Of a DNA stretch of 46,625 nt, positions 9,409 to 19,304 are shown one piece after another. The position numbers and the translations under genes were made by a program. A model generated the notes under the pieces. It was not told where the DNA came from. It made no database searches and saw nothing but the letters and a program-made list of their open reading frames with translations. Numbering within the stretch: position 1 is the stretch's first letter; each line of letters starts with the position of its first letter. The stretch spans positions 1 to 46,625 of the forward strand of contig JABCOE020000020.1 in NCBI GenBank assembly GCA_013333795.2, given 5' to 3'. This DNA comes from Candidatus Saccharimonadota bacterium (GTDB lineage Bacteria; Patescibacteriota; Saccharimonadia; Saccharimonadales; Saccharimonadaceae).

Positions 9409-11172
9409 GTGGCGCTGATGACCGATGACATTCAGGAGAAGCTCATCAAGCTCTTGGTTGACGAGGGTTTGGTTTCTCGTGAGGTTATTGATAGAGCCAC
9501 TAAGCAGTCTGCTAAAACGAACAAGCCGTTGTTGACGGTTTTGGAAGATATCGGCGAGATAGATGACGAGCTGTTGACTCACGCTATAGCCCACGTTTCG
9601 GGCGTGCCGTATGTTAATTTGACGGCTAGTATTATTGATCAGAGTATCTTGTCACTGTTGCCGAGCGATATCGCCGAGCGCTTCATGGCAGTGCCGTTGG
9701 CCGAGGTGAATAACCGTTTGGCGGTAGCGATGATTGATGCTAATAATGTCCAGGCGGTGGATTATTTAGCCAACCGTATTCAGCGGCCGCTCAAGGTCTT
9801 TATGGCATCGGAAGCGGGTGTCCGTCATGTTCTCGACCAGTATAAAACCGACTTGTCGACCGTTGACGAGGCAGCGCAGGCTACTCAGGCCGAGGCTATT
9901 CAATCGTCAAGCGACATCAAAACTATTGTTCAAGATTCGCCGATTAGCCGGGCATTGAGTACTATCCTAGAGTATGCAGTCAAGAGCCGCGCTAGCGATG
10001 TGCATATTGAACCGCTCGAAAAATCGCTGAAAATACGCTGCCGCGTCGATGGCGTACTGCGCGAAGTTATGCAGCTGCCGAAGAGTATTGAGCCGGCGCT
10101 AGTTAGCCGCATCAAAATTTTATCCAATTTGAAAATCGACGAACACCGCATTCCACAGGACGGTCAATTTGCAGTTAATGTTGCTGGAAAAGAAGTCGAT
10201 TTGCGTATTGCTGTTAGTCCAGTTGTTTGGGGCGAACAGGTAGTGATTCGCCTGCTTGATAAAACTGGCAACACGTTCGATCTCGAGCAAATGGGCTATG
10301 TCGGTCGGGCCTTACGAATGATTCGCAAAGGCATCAAACGTCCTAACGGCATGATTCTAACAAGCGGCCCGACTGGTAGCGGTAAATCAACCAGCTTATA
10401 CGCGCTGATTAAAGAAATCAAAACTGACGCGATTAACATTGTGACGCTCGAGGATCCGGTTGAGTATAAGATAGACGGCGTTAATCAGATCCAGGTTAAT
10501 AACGACGTTGGGTTGACGTTTGCTAATGGCTTACGTAGCATTTTACGTCAAGATCCAGACGTAGTGATGGTTGGCGAGATGCGCGATAGCGAGACGGCTA
10601 ATCTTGGCGTGCAAGCAGCACTAACGGGACATCTGGTGTTCTCGACACTGCATACCAATTCGGCAGCGGGAGTGTTACCGCGCTTGCTTGATATGGATGT
10701 CGAGCCGTTCCTGATTGCTAGCACGGTCAACACAGTAATTGGCCAGCGGCTAGTGCGCCGCGTGTCGCCGCATCGTGATGCTTACTGGTCGAATCCGCTT
10801 GAGACGCAGATGATTCTTGAGACGGTGGGGCATTTATTGCCGAAGACCAAAGAAGACGTAGCGCGCGTGTCCGAGGATTTAGGCTACAAGGACTTGCCAT
10901 TAGCCAATCAACGAGCCTACGTGCTGGTCAAAGGGCGCGATACGCCAGCTACGCCACATGGCTATAGTGGTCGGGCTGGGCTGTACGAGGTAATGGATGT
11001 AAATGAAGGTATCCAAGACCTAATTGTTCGCCGGGCCACTAGCAACGAGATTCAGCGCAAAGCAGTCGAGGATGGTATGATTACAATGCGCCAAGACGGC
11101 TACTTGAAAGCCTTGCAAGGAATCACTACACTAGAAGAAGTAAACCGCGTAACGTCGGCAGACACAGCATAA
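9409..11172 (+). CDS. pilB: Type IV pilus extension ATPase PilB (GspE/PulE family)
   Basis: ASDVHIEP, Walker A GPTGSGKS, TLEDPVE, LRQDPDVVMVGE, TGHLVFSTLHTN; GTG start after AGGAG. Confidence 0.96.
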   Translation: MALMTDDIQEKLIKLLVDEGLVSREVIDRATKQSAKTNKPLLTVLEDIGEIDDELLTHAIAHVSGVPYVNLTASIIDQSILSLLPSDIAERFMAVPLAEVNNRLAVAMIDANNVQAVDYLANRIQRPLKVFMASEAGVRHVLDQYKTDLSTVDEAAQATQAEAIQSSSDIKTIVQDSPISRALSTILEYAVKSRASDVHIEPLEKSLKIRCRVDGVLREVMQLPKSIEPALVSRIKILSNLKIDEHRIPQDGQFAVNVAGKEVDLRIAVSPVVWGEQVVIRLLDKTGNTFDLEQMGYVGRALRMIRKGIKRPNGMILTSGPTGSGKSTSLYALIKEIKTDAINIVTLEDPVEYKIDGVNQIQVNNDVGLTFANGLRSILRQDPDVVMVGEMRDSETANLGVQAALTGHLVFSTLHTNSAAGVLPRLLDMDVEPFLIASTVNTVIGQRLVRRVSPHRDAYWSNPLETQMILETVGHLLPKTKEDVARVSEDLGYKDLPLANQRAYVLVKGRDTPATPHGYSGRAGLYEVMDVNEGIQDLIVRRATSNEIQRKAVEDGMITMRQDGYLKALQGITTLEEVNRVTSADTA

Positions 11173-11184
11173 AAGGAGGGGACA

Positions 11185-12255
11185 ATGCCAGAACAAGAAT
11201 TACGGATTGAAGTTTTACTAGAGGAAGTTATCAAGCGCCGAGCTAGCGACTTGCATATTCAAGTTGGTTTGCCGCCTATGCTGCGAATTGACGGCACATT
11301 GATAGCTATTGCTGGCTTTGATGCGCTCGATGAAGCGCAAGTCGAGTCGCTAGTATTTGCGATACTCGACGAAGATCAGCAGCAAATTCTTCTCAAGGAC
11401 AAAGAATTTGACTTCTCGTTTGCTTTCGGTACGCTCGGACGATTCCGGGTTAATGCTTTCCATGAGCGCGGTAACCTAGCAGCAGCGCTGCGCTTAATTC
11501 CAAACGAGATCAAGTCGGTGACTGAGCTCGGTATGCCGCCAGTAGTGATGAATTTTGCCGATTATCCGCGCGGTTTGGTGCTGGTGACTGGACCGACTGG
11601 CTCTGGCAAGTCGACGACTCTGGCGGCGCTGGTTGATAAGATCAACTCTGAAAAATCGCAGCACATCATTACTATCGAAGACCCGATTGAGTTTACGCAC
11701 AAGTCGAAAAAGTCAGTGGTGGTGCAGCGCGAAGTTCATTACGATACCTATTCGTTCTCAGCGGCGCTGCGTTCTAGTCTTCGCCAAGACCCGGACGTGG
11801 TGTTGATCGGCGAGATGCGCGACCTCGAGACGATCTCGGCGGCGATTACCATTGCCGAGACTGGACACTTGGTGTTTGCGACACTGCATACCAACTCGGC
11901 GGCGCAGTCGATTGACCGTATGATTGACGTCTTCCCGCCGCATCAGCAGCCGCAAATCCGCGCGCAGCTCAGTAATATTTTGATGGCAATTTGTTCGCAG
12001 CGACTAGTGCCAGCAATCGGCGGCGGTCGGGTGGTATCGGCTGAAATTTTGATTGCTAATCCGGCTGTTCGTAATGTTATCCGCGAAGGCAAGACTCATC
12101 AGCTTGACGCGATTATTCAAACCGGTGCCGACCAAGGTATGCAGACGATGGATCGCACATTGGTGCAGTTGGTCCAAAGCGGCACGATTACTTATGATAG
12201 CGCGCGGGAATTCGCTGTTGACTTGACCGAATTTGAAAGGTTAATCAGGGGATAG
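11185..12255 (+). CDS. pilT: Type IV pilus retraction ATPase PilT
   Basis: ASDLHI, RFRVN, GPTGSGKST, AVRNVIRE (AIRNLIRE-like), GMQTMD. Confidence 0.97.
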   Translation: MPEQELRIEVLLEEVIKRRASDLHIQVGLPPMLRIDGTLIAIAGFDALDEAQVESLVFAILDEDQQQILLKDKEFDFSFAFGTLGRFRVNAFHERGNLAAALRLIPNEIKSVTELGMPPVVMNFADYPRGLVLVTGPTGSGKSTTLAALVDKINSEKSQHIITIEDPIEFTHKSKKSVVVQREVHYDTYSFSAALRSSLRQDPDVVLIGEMRDLETISAAITIAETGHLVFATLHTNSAAQSIDRMIDVFPPHQQPQIRAQLSNILMAICSQRLVPAIGGGRVVSAEILIANPAVRNVIREGKTHQLDAIIQTGADQGMQTMDRTLVQLVQSGTITYDSAREFAVDLTEFERLIRG

Positions 12256-12258
12256 TTA

Positions 12259-13464
12259 ATGAAAAAGTTTACCTACGAAGCACGCGATAAAGCGACGGGG
12301 AACATTGTCAAATCGCTGGTTCAAGCTGAATCCGAGAGCGAAGCCGCTAAAGCGCTGACTGCTCAGGGCTATATGCCGCTATCAATCAAGGAGGAAGTCG
12401 AGGGCAGCTGGCTAGCGCGCTTTACCAACCGAATTTCTAGCAAGGATAAGATTGTTTTCTCGCGCCAGCTGGCAACATTGATTGGCGCTGGATTACCGTT
12501 GACACAAAGCCTGCATACGGTATTTGAACAGACTGCCAACAAAAAAATGCAGGAGATCGTCCAAGAAATCATTGCCGACGTTGAAGGCGGTAAGACATTA
12601 TCTTCGGCCTTTGGCAAACATCCAGAAGTATTTAACAAAATTTTCATTGCGCTAGTTACCGCTGGCGAGGCATCGGGTACGCTTGATGATGCACTAAAGC
12701 GGATTGCCGCCCAGCAAGAAAAAGATGCAGCAATGGTTAGTAAAATCCGCGGCGCTATGGTGTATCCTGGTATTGTCCTAGCGGTAATGGTTGCGGTTGG
12801 CGTATTTATGATGGTAACAATTGTGCCGCAGGTTGCCAAGTTGTACTCTGATATGAAGAAGACCTTGCCAGTTTTGACGTCGATTTTAATCGGAATATCT
12901 AATTTTGTGATTAATTTTTGGTGGTTAACTTTAATCCTATTAGCGCTAGCGATCTTTTTTGCGCGGCAATATGTTCGTACCGAAGCGGGTTCGCGTTTGC
13001 TGGACAATCTGAAGCTTAATATGCCGCCATTCAAAGGTATGTTCCGCCGTCTTTATATGGCGCGGTTTACGCGTATGGGACAGACTTTGCTAGTTACTGG
13101 CGTACCGATGCTGGATATGCTGGCTATTGCCGCTGAGGGTGTTAATAACGCTGTTGTAGCCGAAGAGATTACTAGAGCTGCCGGTAAGGTGCAGAGCGGT
13201 AAAGCGCTTTCGGCTGCTTTGCAGACAGAGGATTATATTTTGCCGATGGTACCGCAGATGATCAAAATCGGCGAGCAATCGGGCAGGATTGACGAGATGA
13301 TGGGCAAGACAGCACAAGCTTATGAGGACGAACTCGACGAAGAAATTCAAGCGATTTCAACAATGATTGAGCCGATTATGATGGTAATTCTGGCTATATT
13401 CGCCGGCGTGTTGATTGGGGCGGTATTATTCCCAATTTACAGCCTAGTCGGCAGCGTACGATAG
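12259..13464 (+). CDS. pilC: Type IV pilus platform protein PilC (GspF family)
   Basis: FSRQLATLIGAG, GEASGTLD, GAMVYP, GEQSG, IEP motifs. Confidence 0.96.
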   Translation: MKKFTYEARDKATGNIVKSLVQAESESEAAKALTAQGYMPLSIKEEVEGSWLARFTNRISSKDKIVFSRQLATLIGAGLPLTQSLHTVFEQTANKKMQEIVQEIIADVEGGKTLSSAFGKHPEVFNKIFIALVTAGEASGTLDDALKRIAAQQEKDAAMVSKIRGAMVYPGIVLAVMVAVGVFMMVTIVPQVAKLYSDMKKTLPVLTSILIGISNFVINFWWLTLILLALAIFFARQYVRTEAGSRLLDNLKLNMPPFKGMFRRLYMARFTRMGQTLLVTGVPMLDMLAIAAEGVNNAVVAEEITRAAGKVQSGKALSAALQTEDYILPMVPQMIKIGEQSGRIDEMMGKTAQAYEDELDEEIQAISTMIEPIMMVILAIFAGVLIGAVLFPIYSLVGSVR

Positions 13465-13467
13465 GTC

Positions 13468-13496
13468 TAGACAACTGAAAAAACCTACGTTATACT
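13468..13496 (+). promoter_or_regulatory. Internal promoter for the major pilin
   Basis: TAGACA-17-TATACT. Confidence 0.65.
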
Positions 13497-13541
13497 GGGT
13501 ACAGTTGAGCATAAGTTCAAAGGGAAAGGTGGAACTAAATT

Positions 13542-14000
13542 ATGACAAAACAACAGATTAAAGACCGTGGTTTTACAATCATCGAGGTCGTTTTGGTGCT
13601 GGCGATTGCTGCACTGATTTTCTTGATGGTGTTTATTGCGGTGCCAGCATTGCAAGCTAGCCAGCGCGATACAGCTCGCAAGAGCGATGTTAGTATCGTG
13701 TCAGCTGCCTACAATAGCGCAGTTGGTAGTAATCGCGGCACTACTTCAGTTGATTCTGGTGTTTTGCGGAGATTCGTAAATGGTGTTTCTGATAATACTG
13801 ATATTACAAAGATTGAAGTACGACGGTATACTGAAACAGTGACTGTCGGTGACGCAAGTATCATAGTAATCAGTGAGGCTAAATGTGACGCCTCACAACC
13901 TGAGGGTGTTCAAAAACTTAGCAAAGGTACGCGCCGCCAATACGTAACGATTACTAAGCTAGAAAGTTGTAATAATGCAGCATACTGCTTAGATGCGTAG
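13542..14000 (+). CDS. Type IV major pilin candidate
   Basis: Class III signal RG|FTIIEV, RDTARKSD, C-terminal cysteines; flanked by its own promoter and terminator. Confidence 0.9.
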   Translation: MTKQQIKDRGFTIIEVVLVLAIAALIFLMVFIAVPALQASQRDTARKSDVSIVSAAYNSAVGSNRGTTSVDSGVLRRFVNGVSDNTDITKIEVRRYTETVTVGDASIIVISEAKCDASQPEGVQKLSKGTRRQYVTITKLESCNNAAYCLDA

Positions 14001-14025
14001 CTAAAACTTTAGAGTTAGCTAGGAT

Positions 14026-14063
14026 TAGCAAAAAGGTTGCGCAAAAGCGTAACCTTTTTGCTA
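14026..14063 (+). terminator. Intrinsic terminator after pilin
   Basis: TAGCAAAAAGGTTGCGC-aaaa-GCGTAACCTTTTTGCTA. Confidence 0.85.
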
Positions 14064-14073
14064 TACTAGACGT

Positions 14074-14946
14074 ATGATAGTTGTATCAATTGCTATAGTG
14101 TGCAGTGTATTCGGGTTAGTGCTTGGCAGCTTTGCTGGAGCGCAAGTCTGGCGGCTGCGAGCTCGCCAACTTGTTGCTGACAAAAAGGCCGGCGAATCGT
14201 ACGACAAGGCCGAATACAAAAAATTATCGCCGCTCCTGAAGGACAAGAAACAACAAGACCGCTCGCGCTGCTTGAGCTGCGGGCACCAACTCGGTTTATG
14301 CGACTTGATTCCGCTAATTAGCTGGCTATCGACACGCGGTCGTTGCCGATATTGCAGTAAGCGCATCGGCTACTTTGAGCCGTTGATGGAATTATCTCTC
14401 GCCGTGGCATTTATGGTGTCGTTCTTGGCCTGGCCATGGCACCTGGCGGGGTTGCAGTGGGTATTATTTGCTGTTTGGTGTATATCGTTGGTAGCTCTAA
14501 TCATGTTAGTTGCTTACGATATCAAGTGGCGAATTCTGCCAGACTTTCTTACTGTTTCGTATGGCCTGGTCTCGCTAGTCTTTGTGGTGTTGCGTTATTT
14601 TATAGTTAATGATGTTAAATTATATAGTTTGGCAATAGCGCTAATAATTATGTCGGGTGTTTATGGCGTGCTCTACTTGATATCGAAAGGTAAGTGGATC
14701 GGTCTAGGCGACGTGAAATTAGGTGTTGGCTTGGGGTTGATATTGGCTTCGTGGCAGACGGCTTTTGTTGGGCTGTTTCTAGCTAACTTAATTGGCTGCG
14801 TCTTGGTGATTCCAGGACTTGCTAGCAAGAAACTCAAAGCTAATAGCGAGATTGCTTTTGGCCCGTTGTTGGCCTTAGGATCGTTTATCTCGTTTTTTGT
14901 TGGTGCGCGAATTATGGACTGGCTAGTGATTGCATCGTTTTTCTAG
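14074..14946 (+). CDS. pilD: Prepilin peptidase
   Basis: GSF, RSRCLSC...RGRCRYC Zn domain, catalytic D in YDIKWRILPD and GLGDVK, FGP. Confidence 0.95.
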   Translation: MIVVSIAIVCSVFGLVLGSFAGAQVWRLRARQLVADKKAGESYDKAEYKKLSPLLKDKKQQDRSRCLSCGHQLGLCDLIPLISWLSTRGRCRYCSKRIGYFEPLMELSLAVAFMVSFLAWPWHLAGLQWVLFAVWCISLVALIMLVAYDIKWRILPDFLTVSYGLVSLVFVVLRYFIVNDVKLYSLAIALIIMSGVYGVLYLISKGKWIGLGDVKLGVGLGLILASWQTAFVGLFLANLIGCVLVIPGLASKKLKANSEIAFGPLLALGSFISFFVGARIMDWLVIASFF

Positions 14947-14981
14947 TATTAATGTGATGATGCTTATGCTAAAATAGTGAT

Positions 14982-15752
14982 ATGAATAAGTTGGCGGGGG
15001 GCTTCACAATTATCGAGGTAATGTTGTTCCTGGCTGTTTCAGGGGTGTTGGCTGCTGGTATATTGGCGACAGTCGGCGGTACTATTGGCGCTCAGCGTTA
15101 TCGCGATGCCGTTGATTCGTTTGCTGATTTTATCCAAGGCCAATATGACAAAACCGTGAATGTTCAAAATGACACAGAAAATCACAATGAGTGCGGGCTT
15201 AATGCCGATAAAGACCGGATAGTCGTTAGCGATAGTAGTACAGTATTGGCAGGCACTAGTCGCGTGTGCATGATTGTTGGACGTTTTATATCGTCGGTTG
15301 ATGGCGCTAATTTTACAGCACGGCCGCTGTATATAGCGACAGAAAACGAAGACCAAATGAACAAGGCTTTATTATCGCAAGGCGATTACGATTTTTTGCA
15401 GAGGGCAGCCGATAGGAGCGCGTTGTCGGCTACTAAGTCGGCGCTGTTAACCACATCAAATACTGGCCACTATGTTGATAACTATGCGCTCGGCTGGGAT
15501 ACTCGAATTGATGAGAGTAAAACTGATCGAATAATCTCGATCGCCATCGTACGGTCGCCAGTCAGCGGTGTTATCCACACGTACTTTTCTAACAAGACAA
15601 GCGTTAGCGACACGATAACGGCAGGCGGGTTAAATCAGGCGAGGCTTTGCGTTGCCCCTAGCGGCTGGCTAACTGGCGCGCGGTTAGGCGTGCGGATTGA
15701 CCGCGATGCAGCATTAGAGAGCTCAGTACAAGTTGTCGGGGAGGGCTGCTAG
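14982..15752 (+). CDS. Minor pilin (FimT/H-like)
   Basis: GG|FTIIEV prepilin motif. Confidence 0.85.
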   Translation: MNKLAGGFTIIEVMLFLAVSGVLAAGILATVGGTIGAQRYRDAVDSFADFIQGQYDKTVNVQNDTENHNECGLNADKDRIVVSDSSTVLAGTSRVCMIVGRFISSVDGANFTARPLYIATENEDQMNKALLSQGDYDFLQRAADRSALSATKSALLTTSNTGHYVDNYALGWDTRIDESKTDRIISIAIVRSPVSGVIHTYFSNKTSVSDTITAGGLNQARLCVAPSGWLTGARLGVRIDRDAALESSVQVVGEGC

Positions 15753-16340
15753 ATGCGTTATAGCCGCGGCGACACCATTATTGAGGTAATGTTTAGTTTT
15801 GTGGTATTCAGCTTGTTGACTGTAGGAACTTACATAGTTATGAATCGCGGTACGCAGATTGCCCAGCGTTCGCTTGAGATTACGCTTGTCCGCCAGCAAC
15901 TTGACGCTCAAGTGTCCCTTATTAGATATGTTAAAGATACTAATCCTGCGCAGTGGGCGGAGCTAACTAGCAGCAAATTTTTGGTCAATAATCCACTTGA
16001 TGTTGTGAGTGCCAGCTCAGATGGCTGCCCTGCGCCTGGCGGCCGTGTTGATTTAGCCACTGGCACAAATGCCTTTTTTATGTCGGTTGATCAAAAGAAT
16101 GCTACAGTTCTGCCGGTGCGCGTTTTGAACACGACGTATTCGTCGCCTTCAGTTTACGCTAATGTTGATTTAATTAACGCTAAAACATACGGTGTTTTTG
16201 CCCAAATTGTTCGAGCCGAGCAGAACTCAGGCGTAAATACTGCTAAAGCTTACGATGTGTATGTGAATGCTTGCTGGGATAGTGTTGGTGCGGCAGCGCC
16301 GTTAACTATAGGAACGGTGACGAGGATATATGACAAGTAA
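15753..16340 (+). CDS. Minor pilin (PilV/I-like) with atypical G|DTIIE site
   Basis: RG|DTIIEV then hydrophobic helix; C-terminal VYVNACW. Confidence 0.8.
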   Translation: MRYSRGDTIIEVMFSFVVFSLLTVGTYIVMNRGTQIAQRSLEITLVRQQLDAQVSLIRYVKDTNPAQWAELTSSKFLVNNPLDVVSASSDGCPAPGGRVDLATGTNAFFMSVDQKNATVLPVRVLNTTYSSPSVYANVDLINAKTYGVFAQIVRAEQNSGVNTAKAYDVYVNACWDSVGAAAPLTIGTVTRIYDK

Positions 16341-17061
16341 TAAGAATGCAAATCAGATACAGGGTTTTACTTTAGTAGAATTACTTTTAGCTATGACTGG
16401 GGTGGCGATACTTTTGGTGGCAGTGGCAACTACTACGATACAGCTGATGAACATGTATCACAAAGGTATCACGATTAAAACGATTAATTCTGCTGGCCGC
16501 GAGGTTGGCGATATGATAAAGCGTGATGGTTTGTCGGCAAAGGGCCGAGATATCGTTCAGGTGGCTCCTAGCGATAGCGGTACCGGTGGCTTGGGGCGAT
16601 TGTGTTTTGGCTCGTATACTTATGTTTGGAATACGCCAGAGAACTTGAGGTCAAGGGACGCTAGTGCTGGCGTGGTTTACGACGATGATCCTAGCCACAG
16701 CAAAATCGTTTTTGCCCGTGTGGCTGACCCAGACGGTTCTCTATGCAAAGCGACGAGAGGGCAATACCCAAAAGTGATTACTAAGGGCGCTCCGATGAAT
16801 GCTGTAGAAGTACTAGGCGATAAAGATACTGGTCTAGCGATTCACAATATTTCCTTGACTGATCTATTTGTCGATAGTAATAGCCGGGCTGGCTATACGA
16901 TTGGTTATACGCTTGGTACTTATGAAGAGGACACTTATCGTAACGGTATAATTAATTCTAGCGATGCGCAGTGCTTGGCGCAGTCTGAAGAAACCAATAA
17001 CTATACTTTTTGCGCGATTAATCAGTTTGCGGAAACTATAATTACAGAGAGGGCATCATGA
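16330..17061 (+). CDS. Minor pilin (PilW/J-like)
   Basis: QG|FTLVELL prepilin motif. Confidence 0.85.
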   Translation: MTSNKNANQIQGFTLVELLLAMTGVAILLVAVATTTIQLMNMYHKGITIKTINSAGREVGDMIKRDGLSAKGRDIVQVAPSDSGTGGLGRLCFGSYTYVWNTPENLRSRDASAGVVYDDDPSHSKIVFARVADPDGSLCKATRGQYPKVITKGAPMNAVEVLGDKDTGLAIHNISLTDLFVDSNSRAGYTIGYTLGTYEEDTYRNGIINSSDAQCLAQSEETNNYTFCAINQFAETIITERAS

Positions 17062-18212
17062 CGCATTCCAAGCAATCCGGCCTAGTTTCAATTATTGTTG
17101 TAATGTTTACAGCCATATTATTAATGGTAGTATCAACTGGCTTTATTCGCATCATGGTTCAAGAAGAATCGCGCGCTTCCAATAACAACTTGTCGCGTAC
17201 TGCCTACGAATCTGCGGTGGCGGGTGTCGAGGATGGCAAGCGGGCGATTATGGCTTGCCAGCGCAGCGGCTCGGTTAGCGCTGCTTGTAAGGCGATTGCT
17301 GCTAAACGTTGCAGTACAATACAAGATGCTGGTATAATTAGTAGCATAAGTAATACTGCTATCACTATTAAGAGTGGTACTAACTTACAATATATTAGCG
17401 GACAGGCTTATACTTGTGTATTGATTGATTCGCAAACAAGCGATGTGGTGTATAGTCTCAAGGAGGGCAGCTCGCGCATTGTGCCGCTGCGCGTCAACAA
17501 AGATACCTCTATAATTAGGCTTCAATGGATGATGAAAAATGATAAAGTGTCGACAATATCGTCTGCTGATGGCGGCGACACTTTACCAAAACGCGTGGAA
17601 TGGCCGGCTGATGCGCCAGCGCTATTGCGTATTCAGGCGGTTGTTCCAGAGAGCACGACAGTTAATGGGCAACAAAGTTTTGATAGCTCAATTGTCTCGA
17701 CTGCCTTCTTGCGCCCGTCTGGTATTCGCGCGCCGAGAAATTTGTTAGATAGTACTGCGTTTAATGCGGTGGCGCCGCAATCGGTTCGTGCTGCTGGTAG
17801 CGCTACAAACGCGACAGCAGGCGTCTCGCCAATTACGTGTTCAGCGGAAGCTTTTGATAATCATCAGTATGCTTGTTCGGCCTATGTCACATTGCCGCGC
17901 AATCTTGTTGCTGGCAATCCAATGGCTTTTTTGCGAATCACCAGTATTTATAACGACACTGATGTTAGACTATCGTTTGATAATATCGGCGATGGTACGA
18001 TTAAATTTGACGGCGTGCAACCAAAAGTCGATTCAACTGGCCGGGCTGGTGATGTATATCGTCGCGTATCTAGCCGGATTAGCTCGTCTAGCAATATCAA
18101 TTATCCTGAGTATGCAGTTGATATTACAGGCAGTCTTTGTAAAGACTTCTCGGTAACTAATCAAGGGGTACCTTCGGCATTAACATGCAAAGTTATTCCA
18201 GAAGAGCAGTAA
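17058..18212 (+). CDS. Minor pilin (PilX/K-like)
   Basis: QSG|LVSII lacking Glu5; AYESAVAGVED PilX-like N-terminal helix; Cys pairs. Confidence 0.8.
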   Translation: MTHSKQSGLVSIIVVMFTAILLMVVSTGFIRIMVQEESRASNNNLSRTAYESAVAGVEDGKRAIMACQRSGSVSAACKAIAAKRCSTIQDAGIISSISNTAITIKSGTNLQYISGQAYTCVLIDSQTSDVVYSLKEGSSRIVPLRVNKDTSIIRLQWMMKNDKVSTISSADGGDTLPKRVEWPADAPALLRIQAVVPESTTVNGQQSFDSSIVSTAFLRPSGIRAPRNLLDSTAFNAVAPQSVRAAGSATNATAGVSPITCSAEAFDNHQYACSAYVTLPRNLVAGNPMAFLRITSIYNDTDVRLSFDNIGDGTIKFDGVQPKVDSTGRAGDVYRRVSSRISSSSNINYPEYAVDITGSLCKDFSVTNQGVPSALTCKVIPEEQ

Positions 18213-18247
18213 AACCGTAGAACAATAGAGATAATTGAATAAAAAAT

Positions 18248-19171
18248 TTATTCAGTGTCGGTGTGAAATTGCTCGTAAACGTCTTTGAGATGCTGGTCGG
18301 TTACATGGGTATATACTTGAGTGGTAGCGATACTGCTGTGTCCGAGCATACTTTGTACGCTTCTGATATCGGCGCCGTTCATTAGCAAATCGGTCGCAAA
18401 GCTATGTCGCATAGTGTGCGGACTGACGTGTTTGGTGATGCCAGCTAGCTTAGCGTATTTTTCGATGATTCGCTGAATGCTGCGCTGCGATAGCCGCCGA
18501 TAATCACCAGAAGTGCTAGTCGTGCCGCTATTGCGGCTATAGCTCAGGAATAGAGGTTGTAAAGAATCGGTTCGCGCCGATAAGTAATCCTGGACGCGTT
18601 CAGCTGCCCGTTTGCTGATAAAAACCGGGCGGTCCTTCTGTCCTTTACCGCGGACAGTAAATTCGCGGCGCTGCATGTTGACGTGATCTTTATTAAGTCC
18701 AACGAGTTCCGAGACGCGCAGTCCGCTAGAAAAGAGAAGTTCGAGAATGGCTCTATCGCGAAGTGCTGGCAAACTATCATCATTAGGTACTACATCAAGC
18801 ATACGCTGCACCTCGTCGCTATACAAAAAAGTGACTTGTTTGCGGTGAACTCTCGGCAATTCTATTTTGTTTGGCGCCATACTTTCGATATCGCGCTTAC
18901 TTAGGTAATCTAGGAAACCCCGCAGGGCAATGAGGTGGTAATTCTGAGTAATAAGCGATAAAGTGCCGCCGCGATCTGTCTGATAGCGATTGAGCCATAA
19001 GCGATATTTTCTGACCAGCTCTGGGCGGATGTCATCAACCTTTAAATCGAACCCAGCGAATTCTAGAAAACGCTCTAGATAGTGGCGATACGCCTCGCTG
19101 GTCTTGATCGATCGTCCGCGTTCAATTTGGAGATACTCCATGAAATCTTCGATCAGCTCTGACATATCCAT
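18248..19171 (-). CDS. Tyrosine recombinase, XerC/XerD family
   Basis: RDRAILELLFSSGLRVSE, GKG, HTMRHSFAT, LGH, TTQVYTH. Start placed at ATG 19171, 6 nt after TACAAT. Confidence 0.95.
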   Translation of the reverse strand: MDMSELIEDFMEYLQIERGRSIKTSEAYRHYLERFLEFAGFDLKVDDIRPELVRKYRLWLNRYQTDRGGTLSLITQNYHLIALRGFLDYLSKRDIESMAPNKIELPRVHRKQVTFLYSDEVQRMLDVVPNDDSLPALRDRAILELLFSSGLRVSELVGLNKDHVNMQRREFTVRGKGQKDRPVFISKRAAERVQDYLSARTDSLQPLFLSYSRNSGTTSTSGDYRRLSQRSIQRIIEKYAKLAGITKHVSPHTMRHSFATDLLMNGADIRSVQSMLGHSSIATTQVYTHVTDQHLKDVYEQFHTDTE

Positions 19172-19304
19172 AAGAATATTGTACGTCGTTAAAGGTAGAT
19201 AAACAATATATCGAACAAAAAAGTTATTCAAAATATTTATAGTAAATAACTTAGATATATCTGATATAATAGCGGTAAAGCAACTGTATAATTAGGAGGT
19301 ATAA

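Noticed and set aside
18248..19171. Tyrosine recombinase as integrase of an island or pilin inversion system
   Set aside because: Looks like a housekeeping XerC/D; no att repeats, inverted repeats or cargo seen; flanks are core genes
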